Positions 10,510 to 20,127 of a stretch of 64,000 nucleotides of DNA are shown piece by piece (the first letter of the stretch is position 1; the number at the start of each line of letters is the position of its first letter). The stretch is taken from assembly GCA_003597945.1 (NCBI GenBank), contig QZJS01000003.1, positions 4,039 through 68,038 of the forward strand, given 5' to 3'. This DNA is from Desulfobacteraceae bacterium. GTDB lineage: Bacteria > Desulfobacterota > Desulfobacteria > Desulfobacterales > Desulfosalsimonadaceae. Both the position numbers and the translations under genes were made by a program. The notes beneath the pieces are model-generated. The model worked only from the letters and a program-made list of their open reading frames with translations. It was not told where the DNA came from and ran no database searches.

Positions 10510-10991
10510 TGTATTCCAATGTCTTCCTGGGTTGTCGCTTTTCCGGGCTTCTATCGCTTTTTAAGAGGCGTCACTATCTTTGCCCTTTTCTCTTTGCCTT
10601 ACCAATATAATCACAAATGACGGATCCGCCAGAAAAGTTATCCGAAAAATACGCCCTGGCGTCCGGCCGGGAGAACGAAACACGCGGGATATCCCGGCGA
10701 TGAAAAATCCGGACACCGGTGTGGGGAGAAGATATTTTCAGCTCGTTTGGAAGTATCATAACAAAAAAGGACCGGAAACTTCAACGTAAAACTGAAGACG
10801 TAAAACCGAAGGCAAAATTTTTAGAAAACCTTGTTGCCGATATCGCTGGTCGAGCGGCATCGGCGACGATGTGCTCGACGGCAACAAACTGACCGAAGCA
10901 GCCTTGCCGCGCTGTCTTAGAACTGAAAATGAGGTTACCGATTTCAATCCAACCTGACATTTGCCCGCCCATAAAACCAGATCAAACCAAG

Positions 10992-11142
10992 AAAGGTCAC
11001 ATATGACCACCGGCACAATATGACCTTTTTTGAATGGTTTTTGATGACCGCTCCGCAAATGATTTTTAAATTGATAATTCATAAAAATCAAAATGATGAA
11101 TCGCATATCCGCGGATAATACAGACCTGGCACGAAGATTGAA
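10992..11142 (+). promoter_or_regulatory. sigma-54 promoter cassette A (UAS + AAATCA element + -24/-12 box)
   Basis: UAS is GGTCACATATGACC (10995-11008) plus AATATGACC (11017-11025), flanked by A- and T-runs. AATCA is at 11086. TGGCAC (11127-11132)-gaaga-TTGA (11138-11141). It lies 185 nt upstream of CDS 11327. Confidence 0.7.
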
Positions 11143-11326
11143 GATATCCTTGATAGCGTCCCATTCAGTCAAGGCTGAACCCAAATTTACAAGTAATTAG
11201 AATTATATGAAAAAATAATATTACTTAGAAGAATAAAACCTTAACCATCAGCGGACAAAAAAATCCTCCGGAAAAAGCATTCCCGGATTACTAAACAATA
11301 CGCCAAAGAATCAAGGAGAAGGCATC

Positions 11327-11974
11327 ATGAAAACAACAAACTTTATCGGACTTGTTTTTATCGGACTTGTTTTGGTCGCGGTCACCGGTTTTTCGGGCTG
11401 CGCTTCGACGGGCATGCAGCGTTCGACGGAAGCAAGAGCAACGATGGAAACCATGGACAACGATATTAAATTAATTGTCGCTCAACTGGACGCCGCGGGC
11501 GCTTCACTGAATGAACTGACACGGCCCGGTCAATCAGATGCGAAAAAGGCTTTTGATTTATATTCGGATAACATTTCAAAACTCATTGAAATGGAAAATA
11601 AATTTTCCCGAAAAGCCGATGAAATGAAGGATCGGGGTAACGAATATTTCGAGGAATGGCAAAAAGAAGGGAATAAATACAAAAACTCCGAAATACAAAG
11701 GCTCAGTGAGCAGCGTCGTATGGAGCTTGCCGAGATCTATGACAGAATACCCGTAAACAGCATCGGCGTGAAGGATGCTTTCAAAGCCTATGTTTCCGAC
11801 GCGAAGGAGATTCAGATTTATCTTTCAAACGACTTGACGTCCAGGGGAATTGAAGCGATTGCTCCGATCGCAAGGAGAGTCGCGAACGAAGGAGATCAGC
11901 TTAAATATGAATTAAAGGCTCTTGAAATGTCAATTGAAAGGGCAAGAGCGGCGATGGCCCAAAGTGGGAGATAA
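11327..11974 (+). CDS. coiled-coil lipoprotein (DUF2959-like)
   Basis: 215 aa with signal peptide and lipobox (FSGC). The rest is helical and charged. Family assignment is by recall only. Confidence 0.6.
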   Translation: MKTTNFIGLVFIGLVLVAVTGFSGCASTGMQRSTEARATMETMDNDIKLIVAQLDAAGASLNELTRPGQSDAKKAFDLYSDNISKLIEMENKFSRKADEMKDRGNEYFEEWQKEGNKYKNSEIQRLSEQRRMELAEIYDRIPVNSIGVKDAFKAYVSDAKEIQIYLSNDLTSRGIEAIAPIARRVANEGDQLKYELKALEMSIERARAAMAQSGR

Positions 11975-11987
11975 CGTGCAACGTGCT

Positions 11988-12019
<32 letters not shown>

Positions 12020-12064
12020 GAATTTAGCTCTTAAATTAACGAAATTATCGAAAAGGAGAAAACC

Positions 12065-13069
12065 ATGAAATCAAGTAAAACCATCTTATCCGTGTGTCTA
12101 ATCGCTTGCCTGACGTTAATCGTTCAAACCGCCGCCGCCGAAATCAGGCCCGGCGCCGTTTCCGTGAGTCCTTCCGTTGGGGGATATGTTTTTGACCCGG
12201 ATCAGTGCCTTGAAAACAATGTCGTGTATGGATTGGGGTTTGGCTATCATTTTAATGAACACTGGGCTACTGAATTAGGCTTCAATTATATACGAACGGA
12301 GTCTGACAGGGATGGATGCAATGAGGATGTCTATCTTTATCATATGGATATGTTGTATCATTTTATGCCTTACGAAAGAGTCGTTCCCTTTATTGCGGCA
12401 GGTGTGGGCGGGATTATTTTCGACCGTGAAAAGGGACACAGTGATCATGATCCCGCGGTCAATTACGGCGCCGGTCTCAAAATATTTCTTACCGAGAACG
12501 TCGCACTCCGCGGAGATGTCCGCCATGTTATTTCTTTTTCTGAAACGCAAAACAATCTTCTCTATACCATAGGTTTTACTTTTTTATTTGGGGGCGAAAA
12601 AGCCCGAGTTGTTGACGCGCCGAAAACGGTTGAGAAAAAAGTCGTCATCAAAGCCTCCGAACCAAGGGTTGAGGAGAAATTAGCGGCAGTGGCGATTGAG
12701 CCGAATGTCATTATCCTTGCTTTTGAAGACATCCATTTTGATTTCGACAAGTCGACACTGACTCCGGCGGCCCAGACGATCTTAAAAAGAAACATCCAGC
12801 TTCTGAAAAATAATCCCAACGCTAAAGTCAGAATCGCGGGATATACCTCGGCTTCCGGAACTGAAGCCTACAACCAAGCATTGAGTGAAAGACGAGCGGA
12901 TGCCGTCAAAAAATACCTCATTAACGAAGGCCTCATTACGCAAAGCAGGCTTTCCAAAATCGGCTACGGCGAGACAAACCCGGCAAGGTACGAGGCGGCG
13001 CCTAAAGAGCTTTATTCAGAAGCGGCAAAGGCAAACATGAGGGTTCTTTTTGAAATCATAGTGGAATAA
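12065..13069 (+). CDS. OmpA-family outer-membrane protein (N-terminal beta-barrel + C-terminal OmpA peptidoglycan-binding domain)
   Basis: 334 aa with a signal peptide and barrel-like alternating strands. The C-terminus reads FDFDKSTLTP...RIAGYTSASGTEAYNQALSERRADAVKKYL. Confidence 0.85.
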   Translation: MKSSKTILSVCLIACLTLIVQTAAAEIRPGAVSVSPSVGGYVFDPDQCLENNVVYGLGFGYHFNEHWATELGFNYIRTESDRDGCNEDVYLYHMDMLYHFMPYERVVPFIAAGVGGIIFDREKGHSDHDPAVNYGAGLKIFLTENVALRGDVRHVISFSETQNNLLYTIGFTFLFGGEKARVVDAPKTVEKKVVIKASEPRVEEKLAAVAIEPNVIILAFEDIHFDFDKSTLTPAAQTILKRNIQLLKNNPNAKVRIAGYTSASGTEAYNQALSERRADAVKKYLINEGLITQSRLSKIGYGETNPARYEAAPKELYSEAAKANMRVLFEIIVE

Positions 13070-13120
13070 AGCAAATGATCAAAAAAATTATAACAAGAAG
13101 AATCTAAAAGGAGACAAGCT

Positions 13121-13309
13121 ATGCCGCTGATTCATTTAGTGATCACACTGGTTGTCGTTGGGGTGATTCTATGGGTGATCAACAGCTATATACCCATGCA
13201 GAGCACCATAAAAAGGATCCTGAATGTCGTGGTAATTATTGTGGTGATCGTCTGGCTGCTGAGCGCCTTCGGGCTCATCGGCCCCATTTCACAATTCCGT
13301 ATTGGATGA
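13121..13309 (+). CDS. small two-TM membrane protein (Thivi_2564-like)
   Basis: 62 aa, very hydrophobic (LVITLVVVGVILWVINSYIPMQSTIKRILNVVVIIVVIVWLL). AGGAGA RBS sits 7 nt upstream. Confidence 0.6.
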   Translation: MPLIHLVITLVVVGVILWVINSYIPMQSTIKRILNVVVIIVVIVWLLSAFGLIGPISQFRIG

Positions 13310-13345
13310 TGCGTCGCAAACAGATAACTATAGCCGATGTTTTAA

Positions 13346-13585
13346 AACAGACTCCAGGCTGGCAGCGACATCGGCTTTGAGGGCCATCTCATTGGTCGAT
13401 CTGATGAAATCCCGCGGGGAGAAAACCCCGCGGAATTTCTAATTACTTCCAAAGCCGATGCGTCTTTTCAAAAGAATCCGCTTTTCGCCTTGTCGCGATG
13501 GGAAATCTTTGACAACCTCCGACGCAGCCTTGCGCCTCTGGCTTTAAGCATCGTGTTCGGCTGGGCCATATTGTCTTTTACTTGA
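13346..13585 (+). pseudogene. start-less gene remnant (possible fragment of a cyclic beta-1,2-glucan synthase-like gene)
   Basis: Open frame of about 80 codons with no start codon, ending ...LSRWEIFDNLRRSLAPLALSIVFGWAIL*. The xRWKIxDNLRRSL motif is one I recall from NdvB/ChvB-type proteins. Weak call. Confidence 0.3.
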
Positions 13586-13651
13586 TTTTTTAGGCGTAAA
13601 AATTTAAAGGGCGTTCGTCATGACTGAAACAATGAGCAATGCGGATAATTT

Positions 13652-14770
13652 TTGGCTACGCATGGATCATTCCAAGAATCTGACAAAGATCCGGGTATCC
13701 CCTTGTTTGAATTTGAAGATAAAAGCGCCAAAAAGAAAACAAAATGGACCCCGGCCGTGATTTACGAAAACGTTGAACTGCATAATATTGAAGACCTTGT
13801 TTCCGTTGAGGGCTTTACCGGGCTCCGGATGCAACGGGTCCCGGAATCGGTCCGGGTGAAACTCAATTCCGACGCTCAGTCCCAGATGTGTCACCCGTCC
13901 TGCGCGGAAATTCGATTTGTGAGCGACCACCCGGTCAGTATCAAACTTTCGTGCCCGGATGGGCTTGGAACCGTAGATGTATTTTATGGTCCGTTTCAGA
14001 GCAAGGAAAGATATGAAATTAAACGGGACATATCCGTTATTCACGTAGCGATGCCGGATCAGATGAATCTGTATGACCAGTCCAAATTACCAGACCTTTC
14101 TTTTTCTCCTGATGTTTGCCGGCTTCTAATGGCCGGAGATGCGATGTTTATTCACGGCGTGCACGGCGACAATTGCAGGCCCCCAAACCGCGATGAGCTT
14201 CCCCGCTTGCGATATTTGGCTTATGGCACATCAATTACCGACAGCGGCAATGCCACCGCGCCGCATTTAACTTATGTGGAGCAGGTCGGCATCCGTCTCG
14301 GCGCCGATGTCATCAATCTGGGAAGCAGCGGTTCGGCGTTTTGTGAACCTGAAATGGCGGATTATATTGCTGCGCGAAAAGACTGGGACTTCGCGACACT
14401 GGCACTTTCCGTGAATATGCTCAAATTCCCGCTTTCTTTTTTTTATGAACGGATATCCTATATGATCAACTCCATCTGCCGGTCAAACCACCGGCGACCC
14501 GTTATTTGCATTACGCTCTTCCCTTATTCACGAGAGTTCGGCGATACTTTTATCGGTATGGAAGATAAAGGTTCGCCCGAAGATTATCGAGAAGCACTGC
14601 GCAAAGCGGTCCAGGCTTGTTCCTGTAAAAATTTATATTTGTTTGAAGGTTCCGATATTTTAAAGGACATCGGGGGGCTGTCACCGGATCTTCTGCATCC
14701 GGGTGACCAGGGCATGATTTTCATCGGAGAAAATCTTGCGCGACGGATTAAACCATTGATTAGCTTCTAA
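13652..14770 (+). CDS. SGNH/GDSL-family hydrolase
   Basis: 372 aa. YGTSITDSGNA is a block-I GDS-like motif and LHPGDQG is a block-V DxxH-like motif. The annotated start is TTG, so the true start is uncertain. Confidence 0.6.
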   Translation: MATHGSFQESDKDPGIPLFEFEDKSAKKKTKWTPAVIYENVELHNIEDLVSVEGFTGLRMQRVPESVRVKLNSDAQSQMCHPSCAEIRFVSDHPVSIKLSCPDGLGTVDVFYGPFQSKERYEIKRDISVIHVAMPDQMNLYDQSKLPDLSFSPDVCRLLMAGDAMFIHGVHGDNCRPPNRDELPRLRYLAYGTSITDSGNATAPHLTYVEQVGIRLGADVINLGSSGSAFCEPEMADYIAARKDWDFATLALSVNMLKFPLSFFYERISYMINSICRSNHRRPVICITLFPYSREFGDTFIGMEDKGSPEDYREALRKAVQACSCKNLYLFEGSDILKDIGGLSPDLLHPGDQGMIFIGENLARRIKPLISF

Positions 14771-14848
14771 ACAGTTTTATCAATAAACCGTTTAAAATAG
14801 TGGCTTACGCTAAAAATTCGAACATAGCGCCCTGAATCGAGTTCTTTT

Positions 14849-17668
14849 ATGAAGCTTATAAAAAAATTTGTTCTGATTACAGGCATCTTTCTGTGCTTTA
14901 TGGCGATCATCCTCGCAGGCACGGGCATTTATCTCTATTATCATCCTGAACGCATAAAACCGACGATCGAAAGATCGCTGTCTGCAACTACCGGTTCTGC
15001 CTGCACCATTGAAAGCATCTCATTTTCCCTGCAACCCATGGGCTTAGAGGCAAGGGGTATTCTTTTTAAAACCTTAGATGCGTCGATGGAGGCATCATCG
15101 TTGGAAATCCCTTTTATCCGGACGGATATGACCATTGAGGGGCCATGGAGCCGCCGATCCCTTATTTTAAAAAACATGGCGGTTAACGGTATTTTTATAA
15201 ACGGCGCATGGGCCGCTATCTTCCCCGGGAAAACAGGGTCTTCGTTTCTGGCCGTGATGATTCAGGGCGTTGTCAGTCTCATTTTTTTCAAAGACATCCG
15301 GTTTGAGTCCGGCGAAATTCATGGCGGACATATCCTGGCATCCTGGGGGGATCAAAATATTAAAGCCCATCAAATCCATGCCCAAGCCGGTATTGACAAG
15401 CCGCTTTTCGTATCCTTCACCCTTGAAGTCGAAAATTCTTTCCGTAATCTACATGTGACGGCGCCGAACGTGACCCTGATCAGCAACAATGCGTTTGACA
15501 TTACTGATTTTAAATTCAACGGCACGCTCCAGGCCCAAGATATTACAATTCAGGATGCCGGGGTGGAAATTCAAAGCATGGACGTGCAGTCTTCTTTTAC
15601 CTACAGCCAGGATCATAAAAATCTGAACGCCCAAAATTTTCAAATCCGTATCAACGGCCTGGCCCTGATGGGAAAAACAAATGGGCGAATACCGCCCTTA
15701 GACGTCAACCTTCAGGCAAAAGAAATTTCAAGCCAATATCCCGTTATCGAAATAACCAATGCGACCCTGCAAATTCCCCGGGCAAAGGTTCACGCAAAAG
15801 ACAAAGACATCCTGATCGGCGATATCGGAATCCATATCCCGGACGGTCGCATGGACATGGAAAAAAAATCCATCGCGCTTCCCAACCTCCGATGCGACGT
15901 CTTGGGCTTGAAAAACATGGTGCTCGACATTGACATAAAAAGCGACATGAAAAACGACAGCGCAAACCTGGTGCTTCAAGGCGCCGGGACCGCGCTTTTT
16001 CAGGCCGCCGCCGCATATCAGCTTATCCCGCCCGATGTGATAATTTCAGCCGCCGATGCCATCCGGATCGAAGCCGCGGGTCCGACGGCCGGGCCCTGGC
16101 ACATAAAAGCAAACCTATCTCTTGAGGATCTGGCGTTTCAAAACAAAGACGGGAGCCTGATGGGAGAAAAGATCTCTCTCACAACCCGGTCCCAGGGCGT
16201 TGTCGACTTAAAGGATTCCACCATATCCTTTGACGCCGTCCTGGAAGTCAAAAGCGGCGAAGCCCTTTATGATCGATATTATGTGAACCTTGCCAAAAAC
16301 CCCGTTGTCTCGTCGTGCAGCGGGGTCTACCGGGTGGACCAAAAATTTCTGCGGCTTTCCGCGATGACGCTTAACCTGACGGATATCCTGCCTTTAGAAA
16401 TCACGGGATCAATTCAGCAGGGCCCGGCCGGAAATTCGCAATGGATGCAAAATGCCGATTTCACGGCGACCATTCCTCAGGTTCCCGTTAAGCCGATTTT
16501 TTATCACCTGGTGCAGGAACCCTATAAATTTGAAAAACCCCTTCTGGCGAGCCTTGAGACGGGAGGAACCGTTTCCGCCCAATTGCGGTTGGAAATCATT
16601 GAAAATAACCGGCGGATTGCGGGACGTTTGGAGTGGCGCGACGGACACCTTGCTTTAAAAGATGCGGAAAAGTATAAAAAGATCTCTGTTGCCGGCATTC
16701 AACTTGATCTGCCCGTCTGGTATAAAACCGGATTGTCCGAAACCCCTGGTGAAAACCTCATGGGCAGGCTTGAAATTCAATCCCTGATGTTCCCGCCATT
16801 GCCGGACCAGGCATTTTCCATCCTCCTGGATGCAGGTCCCAATCGAATATCCGTTGATTCCCCCACCATCATCCGGGTGCCGGGCGGCGAGATTCGCCTG
16901 GGCGCCGTGCAGGCCCAAAACATTTATGACCCGGATATTTCCGTTAACACCAGCATAACCATTGACGGGATCGATATGCGTACGCTTTTGTCGGGAATCG
17001 GTGTGTTTCCCCCTGATGCCGCACCAAAAGGCAGCCTGTCGGGGATACTGGATCCGGTGCGATATGAAAAATATGCCGTTGTCAGTCAGGGAACTATAAC
17101 GGCGCGGATATTCGGCGGTACACTATTGCTGTCGGATCTGGGCGCTTCGGGGATCTTGACCGCCGCGCCGGTTTTTAAGCTTAATGCCCACTGGGATGAT
17201 CTGCTGCTGGCCTCAATGACGACTGATACCGCTTTTGGGAAAATAGAAGGCGTTTTAACGGGTCATATCCGTGATTTTGAGATCGCCTACGGCCAGCCCC
17301 AGAGGTTTGATCTGTTGATGGAAACGGTGGAAAGAAAGGGAACACCCCAAACCATTTCCATTACGGCGGTAGACAACATCGCCCGGATCGGCGGCGGTCA
17401 GAGCCCGTTTATGGGACTTGCGGGCGCGTTTGCATCTGTTTTTGAAAAATTTCCTTATGAAAAAATCGGCATCCGGGCCGGTCTTGAAAACGATATGTTC
17501 ACGATTAACGGCACCATTATGGACAACGGAGAGGAGTACATTGTCAAAAGGCAAGGGTTTTCAGGAGTCAATATCATCAATCAGAACCCGGATAATCGGA
17601 TCAACTTCAAGGATATGGTAAAAAGAATTCAACGAATCGCCCATAAAGGCGGGGCGGTAATCAATTAA
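14849..17668 (+). CDS. ydbH: YdbH-like AsmA-family intermembrane lipid-transport protein
   Basis: 939 aa with an N-terminal TM anchor and a long beta-rich body. Its size and its position upstream of a YnbE/YdbL-like gene match the E. coli ydbH-ynbE-ydbL arrangement. Confidence 0.65.
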   Translation: MKLIKKFVLITGIFLCFMAIILAGTGIYLYYHPERIKPTIERSLSATTGSACTIESISFSLQPMGLEARGILFKTLDASMEASSLEIPFIRTDMTIEGPWSRRSLILKNMAVNGIFINGAWAAIFPGKTGSSFLAVMIQGVVSLIFFKDIRFESGEIHGGHILASWGDQNIKAHQIHAQAGIDKPLFVSFTLEVENSFRNLHVTAPNVTLISNNAFDITDFKFNGTLQAQDITIQDAGVEIQSMDVQSSFTYSQDHKNLNAQNFQIRINGLALMGKTNGRIPPLDVNLQAKEISSQYPVIEITNATLQIPRAKVHAKDKDILIGDIGIHIPDGRMDMEKKSIALPNLRCDVLGLKNMVLDIDIKSDMKNDSANLVLQGAGTALFQAAAAYQLIPPDVIISAADAIRIEAAGPTAGPWHIKANLSLEDLAFQNKDGSLMGEKISLTTRSQGVVDLKDSTISFDAVLEVKSGEALYDRYYVNLAKNPVVSSCSGVYRVDQKFLRLSAMTLNLTDILPLEITGSIQQGPAGNSQWMQNADFTATIPQVPVKPIFYHLVQEPYKFEKPLLASLETGGTVSAQLRLEIIENNRRIAGRLEWRDGHLALKDAEKYKKISVAGIQLDLPVWYKTGLSETPGENLMGRLEIQSLMFPPLPDQAFSILLDAGPNRISVDSPTIIRVPGGEIRLGAVQAQNIYDPDISVNTSITIDGIDMRTLLSGIGVFPPDAAPKGSLSGILDPVRYEKYAVVSQGTITARIFGGTLLLSDLGASGILTAAPVFKLNAHWDDLLLASMTTDTAFGKIEGVLTGHIRDFEIAYGQPQRFDLLMETVERKGTPQTISITAVDNIARIGGGQSPFMGLAGAFASVFEKFPYEKIGIRAGLENDMFTINGTIMDNGEEYIVKRQGFSGVNIINQNPDNRINFKDMVKRIQRIAHKGGAVIN

Positions 17669-17684
17669 CAAAATGGAGGTTCTT

Positions 17685-18233
17685 ATGAAAAGATTAGAAA
17701 AATCGGTATTGTGGACCACAGTGGCCATCACGGCGCTGGCCTTGTTTGCCTGCGTAACCATCAACATCTATTTCCCGGCCGAAAAGGTGGAATCCGCCGC
17801 CAAGGATATCGTGGAAGATATCCGGGGCATTAAGCCGCTTGACCAGGACGGCCAGTCCGGCAGCCTTAAGGGGATTGTCGGCAAAATCAGGACGGCCTTT
17901 TCGCCTGCCGTCGCATGGGCCGAAGAGGAGACAACGGTTTCCAATCCAACCATCCGCGCCTTAAGAGAAAAAATGAAAATCCGTTTTCAGGCACTGACGC
18001 CCTATTACCAGAAAGGCGCGCTGAAAGAACAAGACAACGGGTATCTCGTGGCAGCCGATGCCGGCGGTCTGAACCTCAAGGAAAAGCGGGATCTCAACAT
18101 ACTTGTGGATGCCGAAAACAGCGATCGCAAAACACTGTACGCGGAAGTCGCAAAAGCCCTGAAGATAGAACCCAATCAGATCGATAAAATCGCGGAGATT
18201 TTTGCCAAAGAGTGGCAGAATCCGGTACGGTAA
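17685..18233 (+). CDS. YnbE-like lipoprotein fused to a YdbL (DUF1318)-like domain
   Basis: Lipobox LFAC followed by VTINIYFP (YnbE-like). The C-terminus GALKEQDNGYLV...VDAENSDRKTLYAEVAKAL is DUF1318-like. I chose the ATG at 17685 (GGAGG 5 nt upstream). The track start is 17673. Confidence 0.6.
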   Translation: MKRLEKSVLWTTVAITALALFACVTINIYFPAEKVESAAKDIVEDIRGIKPLDQDGQSGSLKGIVGKIRTAFSPAVAWAEEETTVSNPTIRALREKMKIRFQALTPYYQKGALKEQDNGYLVAADAGGLNLKEKRDLNILVDAENSDRKTLYAEVAKALKIEPNQIDKIAEIFAKEWQNPVR

Positions 18234-18354
18234 TCAAAATTGACATTCAACCTTTATTAAAATAATCAGCGGACCCATCTGCTGTAGAGCTTCACCATTG
18301 AGGCTAATTGTCAGCCGGCGATTGTCTGCCTGATAAAGAACCCGGCAAAATCCA

Positions 18355-18505
18355 AAAAAGGCCATATGTGACCATCGGTTACATATGGCCTTTTTTTGTG
18401 GGTTTAATTGTCTTCCCTGAAACCATTTTATATACCGATTATACTTAAAAATCAGTATGATGAATGGCATAGCCCTGAATAATGGAATCTGGCACAAAAT
18501 TTGAA
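18355..18505 (+). promoter_or_regulatory. sigma-54 promoter cassette B
   Basis: GGCCATATGTGACC (18360-18373) plus ATATGGCC (18383-18390) plus T-run. AATCA at 18450. TGGCAC (18490-18495)-aaaat-TTGA (18501-18504). Confidence 0.7.
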
Positions 18506-18563
18506 ATATTTGAAATTAAAATAATTGGCATCTACTACCACCCGAAATAAGAAGGGGAACCCA

Positions 18564-19889
18564 ATGAAAAAAAGCTTTTTTGTTCTAAACGCCTGCTTTT
18601 TGTTAATGATCCTTGCATCAACGGCATTTGCCGGCGGCGTGGTCAATAAAACCAACTGGAGTGCGGAATATATCCGGACCGTGAACCGGAACGCGGCGAC
18701 CGATTACGCTGATATCGTCTTTTACAACCCGGCCGGCACCGTTTTCATGGATCCCGGCGCCTATGTGAATCTTTCCGCTCACTATTTTCCCAAGCTTTAC
18801 CAGGACCAAATCACGACAGGCCCTTTTGCCGGCCGTTACAAAAGCGATGAACCCTCCATAGTGCCAGGACTCTTCACCATGTACACCGACAATCGATGGG
18901 CCCTCTTTCTCGGCGCCAGCAACGTGCTTGGTGGCGGCAAAGTCAAGTTCGACGACGGCTCCCTGACCACCGTGGCCATCGGCGCCCAATACATGGACGG
19001 TGTGAATGCCGCCCTGGCAGGCGCGGGCGTACCGGAAGCGGCCCGCTATCACACCATCAAATCTCAGAAGATGGAAGGCGAACAGATGGGGCCCGGCATC
19101 ATGATCGGCGGCGCCTACAAGATCGGCGACGAAATATCGCTTTCCGCGGGCGTCCGGTATATCACCGCCCTGAAAGAGGCCAAAGGCACCGTGACCATCG
19201 GCACCCTCGGACCCGCCATCCCCGGCGTCAACTTCGACCGAACCGGCAATGTCGACTATGAAATGGACGCCCAGGGCATCGGCGGCGTATTCGGAATCAA
19301 CTACAGCGCGTGCAACACCACGACCCTTGCGGCTCGCTATGAAACCCGGACCAAACTGAACTACAAACATGATATCAAAACAGACGACCTGGGTATACTG
19401 GCATCCAGGGGTATTATTGATGGCATGAAGCAACGCGAAGACCATCCCGCCACACTGGGCCTGGGGATTTCCCAACGGCTCAGCCCGGAACTTCGGGTTG
19501 AAACCAACCTGACCTGGTATTTCAATAAGGACGCCGACTGGGCCGGGGCAGAGCGTTTTTTCGGGGACGGCTATGATCTGGGCCTGGCCCTTGAATACAA
19601 CTTCACCGAGCAACTGCTGGGAAGCGTCGGCTATCTCTACACCTATAGCGGGATGAAGAGCAGATACGCCAATGATATCACCATCAACCTGCCGGAAAAC
19701 CCCAATATGGATTCCCACACCTTTGTCTTTGGCGGCGCGTTCAAGATGACGCCGGCTCTGGATTTCAATGCCGGATTGGGCGGGGTTTTCTATGACGACG
19801 ACGATATCACACTGGCCGGCATCGGCGATGTGACCTACAAAAAAACTATTTATTTCGGTGCGTTCGGCGTGCAGTATAAATTCATGTAA
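18564..19889 (+). CDS. outer-membrane transport beta-barrel (FadL/OMPP1/TodX-like)
   Basis: Start chosen at ATG 18564 (MKKSFFVLNACFLLMILASTAFA signal peptide, GAAGGGGA RBS). The body is rich in aromatic/Gly beta-strands and ends GAFGVQYKFM. Confidence 0.65.
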   Translation: MKKSFFVLNACFLLMILASTAFAGGVVNKTNWSAEYIRTVNRNAATDYADIVFYNPAGTVFMDPGAYVNLSAHYFPKLYQDQITTGPFAGRYKSDEPSIVPGLFTMYTDNRWALFLGASNVLGGGKVKFDDGSLTTVAIGAQYMDGVNAALAGAGVPEAARYHTIKSQKMEGEQMGPGIMIGGAYKIGDEISLSAGVRYITALKEAKGTVTIGTLGPAIPGVNFDRTGNVDYEMDAQGIGGVFGINYSACNTTTLAARYETRTKLNYKHDIKTDDLGILASRGIIDGMKQREDHPATLGLGISQRLSPELRVETNLTWYFNKDADWAGAERFFGDGYDLGLALEYNFTEQLLGSVGYLYTYSGMKSRYANDITINLPENPNMDSHTFVFGGAFKMTPALDFNAGLGGVFYDDDDITLAGIGDVTYKKTIYFGAFGVQYKFM

Positions 19890-20127
19890 TGTTAACCCGT
19901 CATATAAATATAGAAATTTGGCCGCATATCATATTTTAGGATGTTTGAAACACTTCATCTCAATGTCCGAGCGTTCATCATATCCTGATACACCATAAAG
20001 CGGCCTGATCGGTGTAAAGGGGCAATCCGGCCCAGTTCAAGTCCCGGCCGGCTTACGCCGAATAAAAGAAAAATTGACTTTTTACAGGACCATAACTCTT
20101 GAATATGAAAAACAGGGAGGAACGGCA

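Noticed and set aside
10756-11184. 142-aa minus-strand ORF in the clpS to cassette-A intergenic region
   Set aside because: It spans the conserved UAS, AAATCA and TGGCAC elements of cassette A. It has no RBS and no recognisable domain, and similar 'ORFs' do not recur at the other cassettes.
14400-14415. TGGCAC inside the SGNH hydrolase CDS
   Set aside because: It has no TTG(C/A) at the N5 spacing, no UAS or AAATCA upstream, and lies inside a coding region.
16097-16112. TGGCAC-ataaa-AGCA inside the ydbH-like CDS
   Set aside because: The -12 GC is one position out of register, no upstream cassette elements are present, and the site is intragenic.
18618-19718. 366-aa minus-strand ORF in the track
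   Set aside because: It is entirely antisense to the well-supported OMP gene 18564-19889, has a low-complexity G/A/H/D/R-rich translation, and shows no RBS or family motifs. This is a typical shadow ORF.
20010-20065. tRNA-like T-arm string (CAGTTCAAGTCCCGG) suggesting a tRNA or att remnant
   Set aside because: No matching T-stem partner, acceptor stem or anticodon arm can be drawn. It is better explained as a degenerate copy of the CTTAC hairpin repeat.
19890-20127. Possible ninth sigma-54 cassette in front of the first IPTL-CTERM gene
   Set aside because: No GGYCATAT...TGRCC UAS and no AAATCA element are present. The nearest GG...TTGA (CAGGACCATAACTCTTGAA) has the wrong spacing by 2 nt. 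The gene is more likely co-transcribed from cassette B or uses another promoter.
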